DNA of 64,000 nt from Lobosporangium transversale (GCF_002105155.1 NW_019028980.1:868001-932000), one strand, 5' to 3'; positions 12,239-25,386 are shown, counted from the first letter of the stretch. Notes: generated by a model from the letters alone, not told the origin. Numbers and translations: made by a program.

Positions 12239-13907
12239 TCACCAAAAAATAGATATAGCCATGTGTCGATGTACGATGTCAACGGACAGATTGAGAAAGG
12301 AAGAGGATAATAACGCAAGCATCTGCTCTCATATTCCATTTAACATAGAGAGTAGCCGTGAAACAATGTAAATGCAATTAACTATGAATAATGAAGGTGA
12401 GACGAGAAAAAAAAAAAAAAAAAAAAAAAAAAGAAGACCTTCCTAGATCTGAAATCGCTCATGCTTCCCACATGTCTGCAATATCTTATCCAAATATGAA
12501 TTCCAAGGCCACACAAATCAAATAAACAATACATGATAAATAAGAGATCTTCCGAAGATAGGCTTACCTCTGTTATATGGAATGACACATATATCCATGT
12601 CAATAATTAGCCGTACATCAAGAAGCATTTCATTCGATATCAAACAGTCGAGATGATTAATTTGAAATGCGAGAGATTCATCATTGTTGTTGATATCAGG
12701 AGAGGAAGAAGAAATAAAATAAAATAAAATAAAAGAATAATGAGCTGACATTATTCAATTATTCAGGCATAATCAAATGGGTCCACTACAATAACTAAGA
12801 GACAAACAATGGCTTACCCACAAAATGATTTAAGCATAGCTGATAGTAATAAAAACAAAATAGAAAGTCAATGGAGAAAATAGGGAACGTTAGCTCAAGA
12901 CTATTTTGCATTGCATAGAGAATGGAGATGTGATTGATCTTCCTGAAACGCGTCCTTTTATCCTTTTGATTAAAGTCAAGTCATCGAGCACACTAAAGAA
13001 CCGAAGCTTCTTTTGCATGTCTGACGTACAAGACTTTAAGAATTGCATAGAATAGTGATCCAAGGGGCCCGTTCAGCACACCTACCTGAATAGTCAAAGC
13101 AGTCTATAATGTTCGAGAAGTGGAAGGACAGTAGAACGTATAGTTAGAATCAGCATGCGCGGTTAGCTCCGTTCAGACAACAAATGGTATCGAGTGTTTC
13201 CTTCACATTTGTATGGCCAAATAATGTAACACTAAAGTCCAACTGTTCCTCCTCCTCTTAAAATGCCTTGCAGGCAGGGTATTTTCAGTTCTTCATGTCA
13301 TTTACAATGAAGCAGCTGATTAACATCCCTTCCCCATGTTCCTCATGCCATGTGTCAAAAAAAAAGAAGGTTTATCTTTTTTCTTCAGATTCACTTTTGC
13401 ATTGAAACTCAGAGACTAAACAGGCAGATGCGTGAATGTTTGTGCGTGTGAGGAAAGGTGCATGTGCAGGGTTGGAAGGGGTCCTTATTCCTACTATGGA
13501 TCTAAAAAAAACAGAAGGATCTGTTTATCCAATCGCTTTCCAAACACCTAAAGAGGGGTGGCAAGGTGGCGGCGAAGATGAAGAGGAATAGGAAATCGAA
13601 AGGGTTGATGGATGCGGAATTGTAGTTGAATAGGATAAAATAATCCTTAGTTCTTTTCACACAGACACACAAATGAACGCCATGGAATAGAACGGGAGGA
13701 ACAAACAGGAGTGGCTGATATCCATCATAGTTGCCTCGAATGTCATACCTTGCCAACACCTCCGTCCTATAGACGTTAAAAAAGAAAGTATCCAGCGATA
13801 CATAACAATGTTAGGATTGTTTACCAAAAGACCATTTCATTCATTACAATGCGTCAAACGAATTGACAATGACTTACTCCGAGAACGACAAGCTTGTAGA
13901 GCATCAT
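11359..13907 (-). CDS. RAS2: Ras-family small GTPase, fungal Ras2/RasB type, 187 aa, 7 exons
   Basis: Exons 13878-13907, 13749-13766, 13086-13103, 12818-12839, 12568-12569, 11952-12079, 11359-11704. They give [43 protein letters not shown]...DTAGQEEY...NKCD...ETSAK...CTIL (CAAX). Confidence 0.95.
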
Positions 13908-15809
13908 CCTGATTATTTATTTATTATTTTTTATTTTTTTTTTCCCTGATTTCTGTAAAAGAAATGGCGTCGAGATTACTATTTTAAATTTTTACTTTTG
14001 TTCGATACAGGAAGGTAGAGAGAGAAGGTGTATTTGCAACTTGAAAAAGAAAAAAATATGCGAAGGAAACAAAGGGGGAGGAGGAAGGACTTGATGAAGC
14101 TAGATGCAGTGAATAAGTTGTTGGTTGCTTAATATTATAATTTGCACGATGCGAGTAATACACAGGAAGAGAATAAAGGATGGAAGTAAAAAAAAAAAAG
14201 AAAGAAAAGAAAAAAGGAAAGAAGAAGGAAAGAAAGAAACAGAAAAAGAGGAAAAAAGAAGCTTTCCACCCTTGCCAGCAAAGCCTTGATGTCGCTGTTG
14301 TCACTGCTGTTGTTAGACTGAAGCCAAACCTTAACCTTCCAAACTTGTCTTTCACTCTCTCCTTGAGAAGCAAAGCAGAAAAAAAAAAAATGCAAGCTCT
14401 TTTTATTCATAGCAATGGTGTAGGGATATATTCAGTCATGTAGAAATATAGATTTTGAATGTAGGCTATCTTAAAAAAAAATACTTGAGCATTGGACTGC
14501 ATTGCAGGTCTTTTTTACCTGAAATAATACTTATAGCTTCAGCGGCATGGTGTATTTAAATAAAAAAAAAAAAAGAAAGAGAGAAAAAGAATCTATTGTA
14601 CTCAATAAAGGATTGAATAAAATGTCCTAGAACCATCTTAGTAACATTTTGAGCCTCAAATGGGAATTTGTAGATTGAACGAGCTGTTCCGCCTGGGCCA
14701 GTCAGCCCTTCAGTCCTTCAGCCTTTTTATGTCCTTGTTTACGTTTACAAAAGGACTATGTTTCCGCTTTTGTGAGTCTAAAATCCTGTTGGTCCTTGGT
14801 CCGCATGCTCCCCTCACTAAACTTGAGTCTTTTCCCGCGTCACTCCGATGGTTCTTTCAAAAACACGACATCACATTAGAAATGCTGTGCTACTCAAAAA
14901 AAAAAAAAAAAAAAAAAAAAGGGCATAGAGTAAGATAGTGTGAGAAACACACTTCTCTTGCACAAGATAAAAACCCCGCAACAAGACCCAGAAGCAATGA
15001 CTGACACTGAAGGAAAAGGGAAGGACGAGGCTGATTCCCACATGAACTGTGCAAAGGATGCAAAGGATGCACACGCTTTTGGTGGTATCATTCCCCTTTG
15101 TTCTTTTATCTCTGCTTTTTTTGAGTTTGTGCAACTGTTTAATGCAAAACCCTTTTTTTTCTTTTTTTTATGCTTCCCTTCCTTCTCTGTTATGCAGCTT
15201 GAGCTTTGTGCTTTGGGCACATTTGTAACGAAGCAAAGTATAGGAAGGAAGTACGAAAGGCTCGACAAAAGGAACGACATCGGATGTTACCTTTTTTGTT
15301 GAAGTTGTTTTTGTCCGCTTCCTACTTCACATTCTGTAGATTCACGGATGAGCAAAAGGCTTGGCGCACCTCCCTAGTTTATCTCTATGCATATTTTTTC
15401 TACTTTTCTCTAAAAAAAAGAAAAAAGTATAAAAGGTAATGACAATAACGCTCACCATTACTTAATATCACTAAAGAGTGGCATGGTAAACCGAGCGGGA
15501 ACAATAAAAGTACATCACGCAGCACTCAACAAACAAACATATCACAAAAAACGTGTTCCATTTCTTACAATATACCGCAACTATCAGGTAGATACCAAAA
15601 GAAAAAAAAAAAAAACAAGCGAAACGAACATGGTCCTTGCACATCCAACTTTTGCATGACTCCCAAGAAAAAGCGGGAGAATAGAAAACAGATGGGATCA
15701 CCAAGGCGGGAAGGAGAAAAAAAAATCTGGTGCCAAAACACGAATAACGATGCGTGTTGCTTACATGCTATCACCTATCCATGCAAGCCTGCATGATGTT
15801 TGCTTATGT

Positions 15810-15890
15810 GGACGAAAACATGCGACATGCACAGGACGAAAACATGCGACATGCACAGGACGAAAACATGCGACATGCACAGGACAAAAA
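15810..15890 (+). repeat. 24-bp minisatellite, 3 perfect copies plus a partial
   Basis: GGACGAAAACATGCGACATGCACA x3, then GGACAAAAA; intergenic. Confidence 0.9.
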
Positions 15891-16222
15891 TAGGCTTTCG
15901 TATTCTCATGGTCGATCGCAAAACCTGTCTAGCCATTCTTATGAAGCCTTATGAAGCTAGTATGCTTCGGGAGGATAACAATATCTTTTCGTACAACAAC
16001 AAGCAGTAACTATCAAGACGAGGACCGTCTAGTGCTCAGACTCTTATGTTTTTTTTTTTTTTTTTTTTTTTTTTTTTGTTGTTGCAAGTGGCCAATCCAC
16101 AGCAAGAGAAGGGATCGGCAATGTGATACACACCCAGATACACCAAGGCTAAGTCGTCTCACTTGACAACTCCATTGTTTAACGGGGCACAGCATGCAGT
16201 CGATCCTTTTGTTTTGGTTTGA

Positions 16223-16254
<32 letters not shown>

Positions 16255-16757
16255 AACATATCCAGCTTTACTTTTTAAGTAAACACTTTTTTCACAAAAG
16301 AAAATAAGCTTGGGCAAAAGCAGACGTATAAGGGTTCTGTATTGGCATCTCTCGACCATGGACCTTGCTACCGCATTTTTTTTTTTTTTTTTTTTTTTTT
16401 ACATCCTTCATCTTTGATTCATTATGCATATCACCGCAATGCGTTGAATGCCTTTATACTTCATAACCCTTTTGCCAAAGTAAAGAAAAGCGAAATGGAG
16501 GGGTCATGTCTGAAATTAGTGACCCATGTATTTTTTTTACGCGATTTCTCGTCTCCCCTTTCTCTCAACCCCTTGGTTCGGGGACATGTTATTTTGACTT
16601 AATTTGAACATTTTCGTCAAATCGAACATTGCTTTCATACATTTTTCTGCAACAACATTAATGGCATATCACGAATATAAAGACCCTTGGGCTTTATTTC
16701 ATGGTACATTTATTACAACGCTTCACAGTACTTGAATACATCTGAGTTTTTCCTTTC

Positions 16758-18729
16758 TTACAAGCTTGATAAAAGACCTTTAGGAACCTTGACCTTGTAA
16801 CTAAGAAGCATCTGACCATATGACTTGCCTTGACGATCCAAGTTCAGTGAACTCAAGCCTCCTCCTCCCAAGCTACGCGTCAAGACAAAATTCAAAGCAT
16901 GGATACCCGGGAGCTCATAACGTGCTACTTTGCCTTGTGCAAGGTGTGCCATGTACTCCTTGACAGACTCGGCTGTCAATTGTTGATTGATATATGGGAA
17001 GAACTTGGGGTCACGAGCAATGACACCAATATTGGCAGTATCACCCTTATCACCACTTCGTGCATAAGCAATACGGATAAGCGGGACAATTACGGTTTCC
17101 TCGCTTGAATTCGTTGGTGGCAAAGGCGCAACAGGGAGAGCGGGAGGGTACTCGTTCTTGGCATTCGTAGGCGCAGTAAATTTGACTGTCTTTGTGATCT
17201 GCTTGTCACCGCTGCCGATAGTCAACAGTGCTGGAACAGCTTCTTTGGGAGCCAAGACCGAATAGTGGGTCATGTTGGGGCTTGGATGAGGACGACCGGC
17301 TCCACCACCTGTTATACCAGGAGCATTACCAGTTGCGCTTGGTGCGAGTTCAACTGCAAGGAGGAGTAATCCGTGCTTTTCAGGGTGGACGGCTGTGATT
17401 CTGCAGCATACCTCGCGAGCATCTTGTGCAGTCGAGTGGGGTCTAGAACCCAGGAAGAGGTCTATTTTAGTACACACAGTCCTGAACAGAAGCTGCATAT
17501 GAAAACACAAACATATTGAACTCCTGCTATTTACCCATAAGTTGACTCTGCACCAAGAGCCTCAACGCGTACCGCAGTAAAGTCCTCAATACCAAATCGC
17601 TCAAGATTCTTTTTGCCACGCTTCACGACAGCATCTCCTACAGCGAGCGCCTAAGAATATATATCCAGTAGTGAGTGGATTGGTTAAGTTCTTTATGCTT
17701 TCATACCCTGCGCAGTGCGTGATAGTGATGTGGTGTTGGATAACTCACCTTGCGTCTTGCATCAATACCACCAATCCAAAGATCTGCTGTGATCTTGTAG
17801 CCATCAACATAGACTCCAGAGCACTTAAGATAGGGAGTCGGGGGCCTACCCTTAGCTCCAGTGACCAAGACACGGTCCTTACCGACTTGGCTGAGCTTGA
17901 CGTCCCGGAGGTCGAGAATGACGTCGGGAAGGATGTATGATCCAGGATCCAAAACCTCATAGACCAATTGCTCCGCCACTGTGGCCACGGTTACCAGTCC
18001 TCCTGTCTCAGCTGGCTTCGTGATCACAAAGTCGCCATTAGCATGACACTCAGCGATAGGGAATCCCATGTTAGCCCATCCTCCATGAGGAGAATTGGCG
18101 CTGAGCTCCCAGTCCGTAAAGTTACCACCAGTGGTATGGCATCCGCACTCGATGATATGTCCAGCCAAAGAGGCAGCCGCCATTTGGTCCCAGTCCTTGA
18201 GCGGATCCCATTTGAACTCGTGAAGTAAGGGCCCCAGTACCAGTGCACTGTCGACAACGCGTCCCGTGACCACGATCGATGCACCAGCGTCGAGCGCCTC
18301 CGCAATAGGTATAGCGCCCAAATAAGCATTCAACGACAATTTCTTCTTGTCGGATCCTGGATATCGATCCACTTCATCCTTATTACCAGTGATATAGTTG
18401 AATGGTAAAAGCTCTCCCTTTGCGCTCATTTCTTCGGATCGCTCGTGAAGATCATCTCCAGTGACAGCTGCAACAACCAGGCCCTCAATACCGTTTTCCT
18501 TGGCAATAGTCTCAATCGCTTCCTTGAGTGCTAGTGGGGCAAGTCCACCAGCATTGGTGATGACCTTAGTACCATTCGCGACGATGTCTTCAACTAATCT
18601 CTTCCAAACAAACGTGATAAAATCTCCAACATATCCTCCTGGGCCAGCACGGCTCTCCTTCTTGGACTTGCCACCCGAGCTGCGGTGGCGCGCGAGCAAG
18701 CCCATAGTTACCTCTTTTTTTAGCCGATG

Positions 18730-18761
<32 letters not shown>

Positions 18762-18957
18762 ATATTATTTTAAGAATGCACACATGGGATCTGAAAAGAA
18801 AAGCGCTATCATATCCGCTCTCCTTACCAGCCAAATAATCTGCAACGAGATAATCAAGATTTTTGCCCTCCAGTTCAACCAACTGAGCGGCACTGCTAAC
18901 CGAGTCACCCCAGAATGCTGACCAAGAACCCAATCTTACAACCTTCTCTGGCGCCAT
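16758..18957 (-). CDS. Acyclic terpene utilisation AtuA family protein (DUF1446 plus C-terminal AtuA-like domain), 4 exons
   Basis: Exons 18828-18957, 17749-18713, 17535-17650, 16758-17442. Motifs SAFWGDS, DYLAEVTM, NAYLGA, GHIIECG..TGGNF, EQLVYEV.DP..YILPDV, AYARSGDKGDTANIGVIAR, DRQGKSYGQ. Confidence 0.9.
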
Positions 18958-19938
18958 TATGATGCTATATTGAATGAGAAAAAGAAATGGAATGAAATGA
19001 AAAAGAAATAGAGAATTAAGAAGAGATGTTTTGCAATATAGAAAGTGTGGAGAAAAGGCATGAAATTTATATACTTGCCAAATTTCCATGGGGTCACAAG
19101 AAAATCTGTTCACTTTAGCTGAATACTTCATCTGCTACTAAGGGCCCGTGAGCATGCCTGTTTAATGGTATTGAGCCGAGAAACCTGTCTTTCCATGGCT
19201 GGTATAAGCTACGAGGCTCTTTCTTCAGCGATACCAGCCGATTTTTGCTTCTGGCGCTTCACAGTGAAAAGATGGATTGTTTTTTTGATCTGTGCGACTT
19301 TTCCGATCCTCCACATCATCATAATTATCATAACACAAGGGTTTTTTTTGACATTAGAAAGAATTCTTCACCACTCTGCAGTCTCTTCCTCATTTACAGT
19401 GTAGTCATCCTTTTGCTCCTTTTCTTTTATTTCTCTAGTTGGCAATGGAATCAAAAGTTCTTTCTGTTTGTTTGCTTCACTATTTTTGAGAAGACAGTGT
19501 GCCAGTAGATGACTATTTCAACATGGAAAATTTAAGGAATCTTAAACACACTACGGATGTAACACAGCACTAGCTTTTGTGCTTTGGGGGTTAGATCCAA
19601 GGGAGAAAGAACCGACTTTGGAGCATCATTTGAATCATTGAATGACTTTGACCAAAGAAGTATTTGGTGCTGAGAAATGGTAATATGAGTGAGCATAGAC
19701 GCGTTTTTTTTATGTTTCCAAGTGCGTGGATTGAGTCATGCTTCGACAAAGACGCGCGATTTCTTTACTGGCATCTGCGATATTGTCAATAATATAGGCT
19801 CCATCTCACATAAATAAGTTATTCTACATCCAGCTGCCTTTCATGTCAAAACTTTCTTTCTTTAGGATGGATTTAGCTACCCCATGATAATTACTCATTC
19901 ATCCTTAATGTTCATGAGCTGTTTAGAGTCAAGCTTTC

Positions 19939-19969
<31 letters not shown>

Positions 19970-20146
19970 AAAAACGTTGAATCCAGAGCAAGTATGGTTG
20001 AATGAGCACGTGGTCTCACTTTGGCAGTTAAGAGCAGAGCATCCAAAGCAAATTAGGACTATCCGCTCTGGTTCTCCTTTCTCGATTATTCAGTCTCTCA
20101 ACATTGACAATCATCGACCTTTTAGCGATCTTTACATATACATAAA

Positions 20147-20794
20147 ATGTCTGATAATCCTTTTCTTGCTCTTATCGAGGGCCTCAATACTGATGACTCA
20201 ACAGTTGCCACTACTACACCTGAAGACTATGCTGCGGAATTATCGCTCTGGACCAATGCAGAATTCACATTTGACATCCCACCTGGGTTAGGTGTCTTCG
20301 AGACTGATTCTGGTTTTGAAGATCCCGCTGTAATCAATACTGTCTCTTATTTTGGTGGCCAGGACCAGTTACTACTCCAACATCAACAATCACAGCAGCA
20401 GCAGCAACAGCATGATCCTATGCTAGGACACATGCATAATGACCAATCTCGACAGATCCAGACTACATCGCCATCAACTTTAGACATTTTCAATCTCACA
20501 ACATCGCAAGGTAAATTTAGTTGAAAAAAGGCTGGAAAAACAAAGAGGTTGCGAGATGGATGCAGAATGATTCAAAGCGAACATTGAACAGACATCTGAT
20601 AATACACTTTCTTTTTTCCTGGTCATGGTTATGGAATATGAATGTCTATAGAGTTTAGACCACTATCACTCTTGGAGCGTAGTCGTCAACGTAATCCAGT
20701 AAATGGGGATAGGTCTGATTGCCAGCAGCAGCAGAAGGAAGGAGAAGAAAAGCAGGCATCAGAACCAGGGGCAAGGCAATTGGCGATTAAAGAT

Positions 20795-20837
<43 letters not shown>

Positions 20838-21232
20838 TTAGTATCACAGAAACAACAGACCAAAAACCATTGCGGAGTGATAACACTTCCTCTGTTTCAA
20901 CCTCAGTCTTAGACACTTCTGTCCAAGAAATATCAAAGGATGAAGCCCTCTCAAACATGTCCAAACTGACACCAGAAGAGGATAAAAGACGACGTAACAC
21001 AGTCGCATCCGCACGCTTCCGACTAAAAAAGAAGCTTCGTGAACAAGTTTTGGAACAAACAGCGCTTGAACAGACAACTCGTGCAGAGAAGCTGGAAGCT
21101 CATGTTCGGGAGTTGGAAATGGAGGTGCGTTGGTTGCGTGGCTTAATTGTAGAGAAGGATTCGAGGCTTCATGAGGCCACAGTTAGTTTGTACGATACCA
21201 ACAAGCGGGTGCGGCTAGATGAATCGGATTAA
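20147..21232 (+). CDS. bZIP transcription factor, MetR/Cys-3/Zip1-like sulfur regulator, 2 exons
   Basis: Exons 20147-20510 and 20652-21232. N-terminal ELSLWTNAEFTFD motif and basic region EEDKRRRNTVASARFRLKKK followed by a leucine zipper ending RWLRGLIVEK. Confidence 0.85.
20796..20836 (+). repeat. (AGCAAC)n coding microsatellite (Ser-Asn repeat)
   Basis: About 7 tandem AGCAAC units inside bZIP exon 2. Confidence 0.85.
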
Positions 21233-21907
21233 CAATGAACAAATTCGCACATGCACAGTGCACATAGGGCATGTCAAGTCGCTATTGTCGTTGTTATAAT
21301 AGCAAACGATTGTAATGAAAAAGGTTTATGTAAGACATGCAATCGTTATTGTAAATAGCTGTTTAAAATATATACACACACACATATAATTATCTCATAT
21401 TTTATTTCTGGAGAAACGTCCTAATGATATTGTGACATTGTCCACGAGACTAAAACTAATGTGTTTGTTTGCACACGCCGGATCTAGAATCTCAAAGCGA
21501 CGAATGCAATTGTGCATTTGCATGGACTCATTTTAATGATCATGTCTGTCTATGGCTTCGGATGCTCGGGCCAGGTTAACAATCCAGGAAAGAATATTTT
21601 TCCGGTGAGAGGGGAAGGAAATTACGACTGGTAATTAGTCACTCATTACAAATACAGGTAAAAAACTCCGCTCTCAAGGTTTAGCTGCATTTGTCCTTTT
21701 AATTGCGTAGAGGTTGTTTATGGAGGATGGATGGTTGTGGGTGCGGTAAATGTATACCTGTTTTATGGGGATAAACATTTTGTTCTACTTGTTCTTTTCT
21801 TCTTTTCTTCATTCTCATTCTATCATTTTTCCCTTGCTCGCACGCCATTTGCTGCTTTTGCGCACAGTCTTTAATTCACCACCCTTCTTGACACACTACT
21901 ACATACT

Positions 21908-23725
21908 ATGGCTTCTACACAAACTACCACCACAGTGACGAGTCATGCTTCACCCATTTTGCCTCTTAACCATATGCATCTGCAAGAGCACCCACAGCAC
22001 GAGTCAATATCACCTATGTTTGTTGAAGATGGCAATTTTACAATGGAACCAACAGATGTTACTATCAAGACTAATATTGACCCCCACAAAGAAACCACGA
22101 CCACCATAACTATCGTCCATCTTCCGTTCCAAGTTTCTCGCCAATGTCAACCGCCTAAAGTTATCTCATGGATGAAATCCGACAAGCCAAAGCGGCCAAC
22201 ACCTGTTTCAACACATCAGTCTGGTCGCCATCGCAGCCAGAGTAGTCCTGCAAAGTTACAACATATCTTTCCATTCCTAAGTAAACGTAGACGTAAGACG
22301 GATGCTGCTATCAAGAAGGGAGATCGGGCAGTGACATTGTTTTCGATCCAAGTGACAGTTCTGGGGAAAGTAGTTGTATCTCCAACATCACCTACTACGT
22401 CCTCCTCTCCAGCAGAGTCAAAAATGGAGAATGATATAGAGCCCACAAAGACCGTGCCTGCTTGCTTAAATAAAGCCGAGACGACATCTTATGTGATCCA
22501 CAGAACATTCGAGGACTTTGAACGATTATCAGAGACAGTACTCCGTTTGGAACACAAGTTGCAAACTCATCACCATTACCATCATCTTCATTCCCATCAT
22601 CAAAAAGATGAGGTGTCTGAAAGCGAGAATGCAGGACTCATAGAGGCTGCTCCATCCTTGACAGCACTTCATGTCCATCACCCTCATCCAGGGCTCTATC
22701 AGATGTTATTGAAGCAAATTTCAAATGTGAAAGCCAATCAACGCGCATTTGATGCTTCTTCTACAACACATGGCTTTGATGAAGAGGGAGCATTCGAAAG
22801 GATCTTGGAATTGAATGAATACCTTGAAAAGGTATGGTATTGGCTCTTGCCGGAGAATACTCCCCCGCAACTCGATCTTTCGATAGAGCAACAGGAAATT
22901 ATGCAGTGGCTCAAGCCTTTACCCCAGAGCGTTCATCAAGATGGACGTCAGATGAGGGAACGATCAGAGCAAGAGAAGAAGAAGGAACAACCACAAATCC
23001 TACTACCGCAAGGATCGATGTCATCGATGCGTAAGAAAAAGAGTCAGGAGCAGGAACTAAGCAAAAAGAGAGAGGCAAAGCAATCACAGCTATCAGTAAT
23101 ATCAGACGATCTTAGACATGTAGAATCGAGTTCTGAACGGCCGTCGTCAATATCGTCAAGATCATCCCGCTCCTCGACCTCTTCATCCTCTTCCGCTTCG
23201 TCTGCTACTTCTGCGTCTATATCGCCGGCCATACTTAAGATCGATCAGGGAAGTACTCACGACCTTGATCTTCATGACTCTACGTTCACATCTTCACCCA
23301 CCGCACTCAGTCCATCTGGTTCCGAGTCTGATTCAAATAAAGGGAAAATGGCTTCTGACTATGGGTCTATTAAAGTTGCCGAGGGCGAAGAACCGAGTCT
23401 AGAGGAACACTCTGCTCCTGCTACAATGGCAAAACGAGGAAATCTTTATCAGCGGCGACGAGATAACTCTGATCCTTTGTCATCTATCAAATTAAATAGA
23501 CGTATTTCCCTCAGCAATGTTGTTCGATCACTGACGTCTCCATTGAATCACCGCCATCAATCTTCTCGTCAGCCCATGTTTGAATTAACACGGTCGTACA
23601 AGAATGGAAGGTTTTCACCGTCGGCCTCTGCATCTGAACCCACGAGTCCCACACGGAAAAGTTCATTTAAGGACGAAATCATTATTTGGAATATGGTAAC
23701 AACCAAAAATCATCCAACACATTAG
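21908..23725 (+). CDS. Hypothetical 605-aa protein with a possible PX-like domain and Ser-rich disordered C-terminus
   Basis: Long intronless ORF. LFSIQV...SYVIHRTFEDFERLSETV...RILELNEYLEKV resembles PX-domain elements separated by insertions. Confidence 0.75.
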   Translation: MASTQTTTTVTSHASPILPLNHMHLQEHPQHESISPMFVEDGNFTMEPTDVTIKTNIDPHKETTTTITIVHLPFQVSRQCQPPKVISWMKSDKPKRPTPVSTHQSGRHRSQSSPAKLQHIFPFLSKRRRKTDAAIKKGDRAVTLFSIQVTVLGKVVVSPTSPTTSSSPAESKMENDIEPTKTVPACLNKAETTSYVIHRTFEDFERLSETVLRLEHKLQTHHHYHHLHSHHQKDEVSESENAGLIEAAPSLTALHVHHPHPGLYQMLLKQISNVKANQRAFDASSTTHGFDEEGAFERILELNEYLEKVWYWLLPENTPPQLDLSIEQQEIMQWLKPLPQSVHQDGRQMRERSEQEKKKEQPQILLPQGSMSSMRKKKSQEQELSKKREAKQSQLSVISDDLRHVESSSERPSSISSRSSRSSTSSSSSASSATSASISPAILKIDQGSTHDLDLHDSTFTSSPTALSPSGSESDSNKGKMASDYGSIKVAEGEEPSLEEHSAPATMAKRGNLYQRRRDNSDPLSSIKLNRRISLSNVVRSLTSPLNHRHQSSRQPMFELTRSYKNGRFSPSASASEPTSPTRKSSFKDEIIIWNMVTTKNHPTH

Positions 23726-24030
23726 AGCGACAAATACATTAAATACAATACAGAAATAAAAAATAAAAAATAGATGTCCCTGAAATTGTTAAACATTCAG
23801 TGAGTATAACATTTTGTTTATCTCGCCCATATTCCCTGTGCGCCAGACAATACAGTAAGTTTATTAATTCAAAAAAAAAAAAAAAAAAAAAAAGCATTTG
23901 GATCTTTCGTTCTCATAGACGTACAATACATAGTTTAAAGTAAAAGAATGGGGGAGAGAAGTTAAGGAACGCGATGTGCTGAATGGTGGTGCGTATATTT
24001 CTTTTTTCTAATGCCATTTTTTTTTGTCTC

Positions 24031-25386
24031 CTATTCCTCATCTTCCTCCTCGTTCTCGTCCTCATCTTCACCGTTTTCATCATCCTCGTCCTCTTCTTCT
24101 TCATCTTGATCCATGCTCACTGACTTTGGCTTTTTCTGGACAGTGATTCTAGTGGTACCATCGTTAGGAAGAGAATTGAAGATAGGCAAGGCAATTGAGC
24201 TACTCGTCTTCAAATTAATAGCCTGAATATTTTTCCATTGGCGGGGAATCTTTGCAACAATATGGGGGATCGCAGTCTCGATATTGGCAGTGATCTCAGC
24301 AGGAGTTTGACTCGTCAATCCGATCCTGACAGCACTAAAGTAAGACATGGAAACGGTTTGTTTTTAGAACGACATAAATAGCCCGTCCGCCATATGTTTC
24401 CAAGATATAAAAATAAAAATAAAATAACAACATAAAAATAAAGTAAAATAAAATAAAATAAAATAAAATAAAAATAGCGCTTATGAATAAGAGGAATGAG
24501 CAATACAGAGCAAATCAAAAATGTTAAAGGTAAGTTTGCATATGGTGGGTGAAAGAAAACTTACGTGCAAGTTCCAGAGGTAAGATGCATATATGTTGAT
24601 CCAATAGCGCGCGATATTTCTTTCTTGAGATCGGTTTTGGTCATATCGACAGGAACGGGTTGTTTCTTTTTGAGGTAAAACGTTTTGCCGAGTAATTTGG
24701 GTAAGACAGCCACCACGCGAGCATCCGCCAAAAACATACCATAGGATGCACACAATTGACGCTTTGCTTCATAGGGTTTATATTTGGCACGCAATTTTGA
24801 CACTCCAATGACTTTGTTGATCGATTTGACATTCTTATCTTCCAACAATTTTTTATAATCTTTCTGAGGATCCTTGACAAACAAACAGACCTCTGCATCT
24901 GATGGAGTGATCGGGTACTTTAGAGGACTAGCCAATAGAGAAGGAAAAGATGGTTAGGAGAAGGATGCTTTGCTAGGGCTGATGATCATTTATATCCGCA
25001 ACTTGTCAATCTCCTCGAACTACATATTAATTAAGCATTAAAAAAAAAAAAATAAAAATAAAAATAAAAAAAAAATCAAATAAAAAGAATCCGACTTCCC
25101 AGGCCCAAAAAAAAAAAAAAAAAAAAAAAAAAAGACGTACATGCGCTGAGGCTTTGCTTTGTTGACATCTGAGAACTTCTTTGTAGCAATGATTAGCCAA
25201 ACAAACTGATCCTCCTCCATGAGCTGATTCTTGCTTTGTCCAACCTTTTCAATGTGTCCGAGAAGAGCCTTGACAGCCTTATCAGCCTAGAAAAAACCCA
25301 CATGTTTGTAGCAACAAAGTCAGAGATAGAGAAGAGTATTTTGATTAATAAACACTTAATAAGTGGCTGTCACTTTTTTTTTTCCT

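Noticed and set aside
13984..16602. Many short Phe- or Lys-rich ORFs
   Set aside because: They are artefacts of poly-T/poly-A tracts in intergenic DNA and show no protein-like motifs.
19732..20012. TGAGTCA and CACGTG motifs upstream of the MetR-like gene
   Set aside because: Single short motifs are expected by chance and cannot be supported without conservation data.
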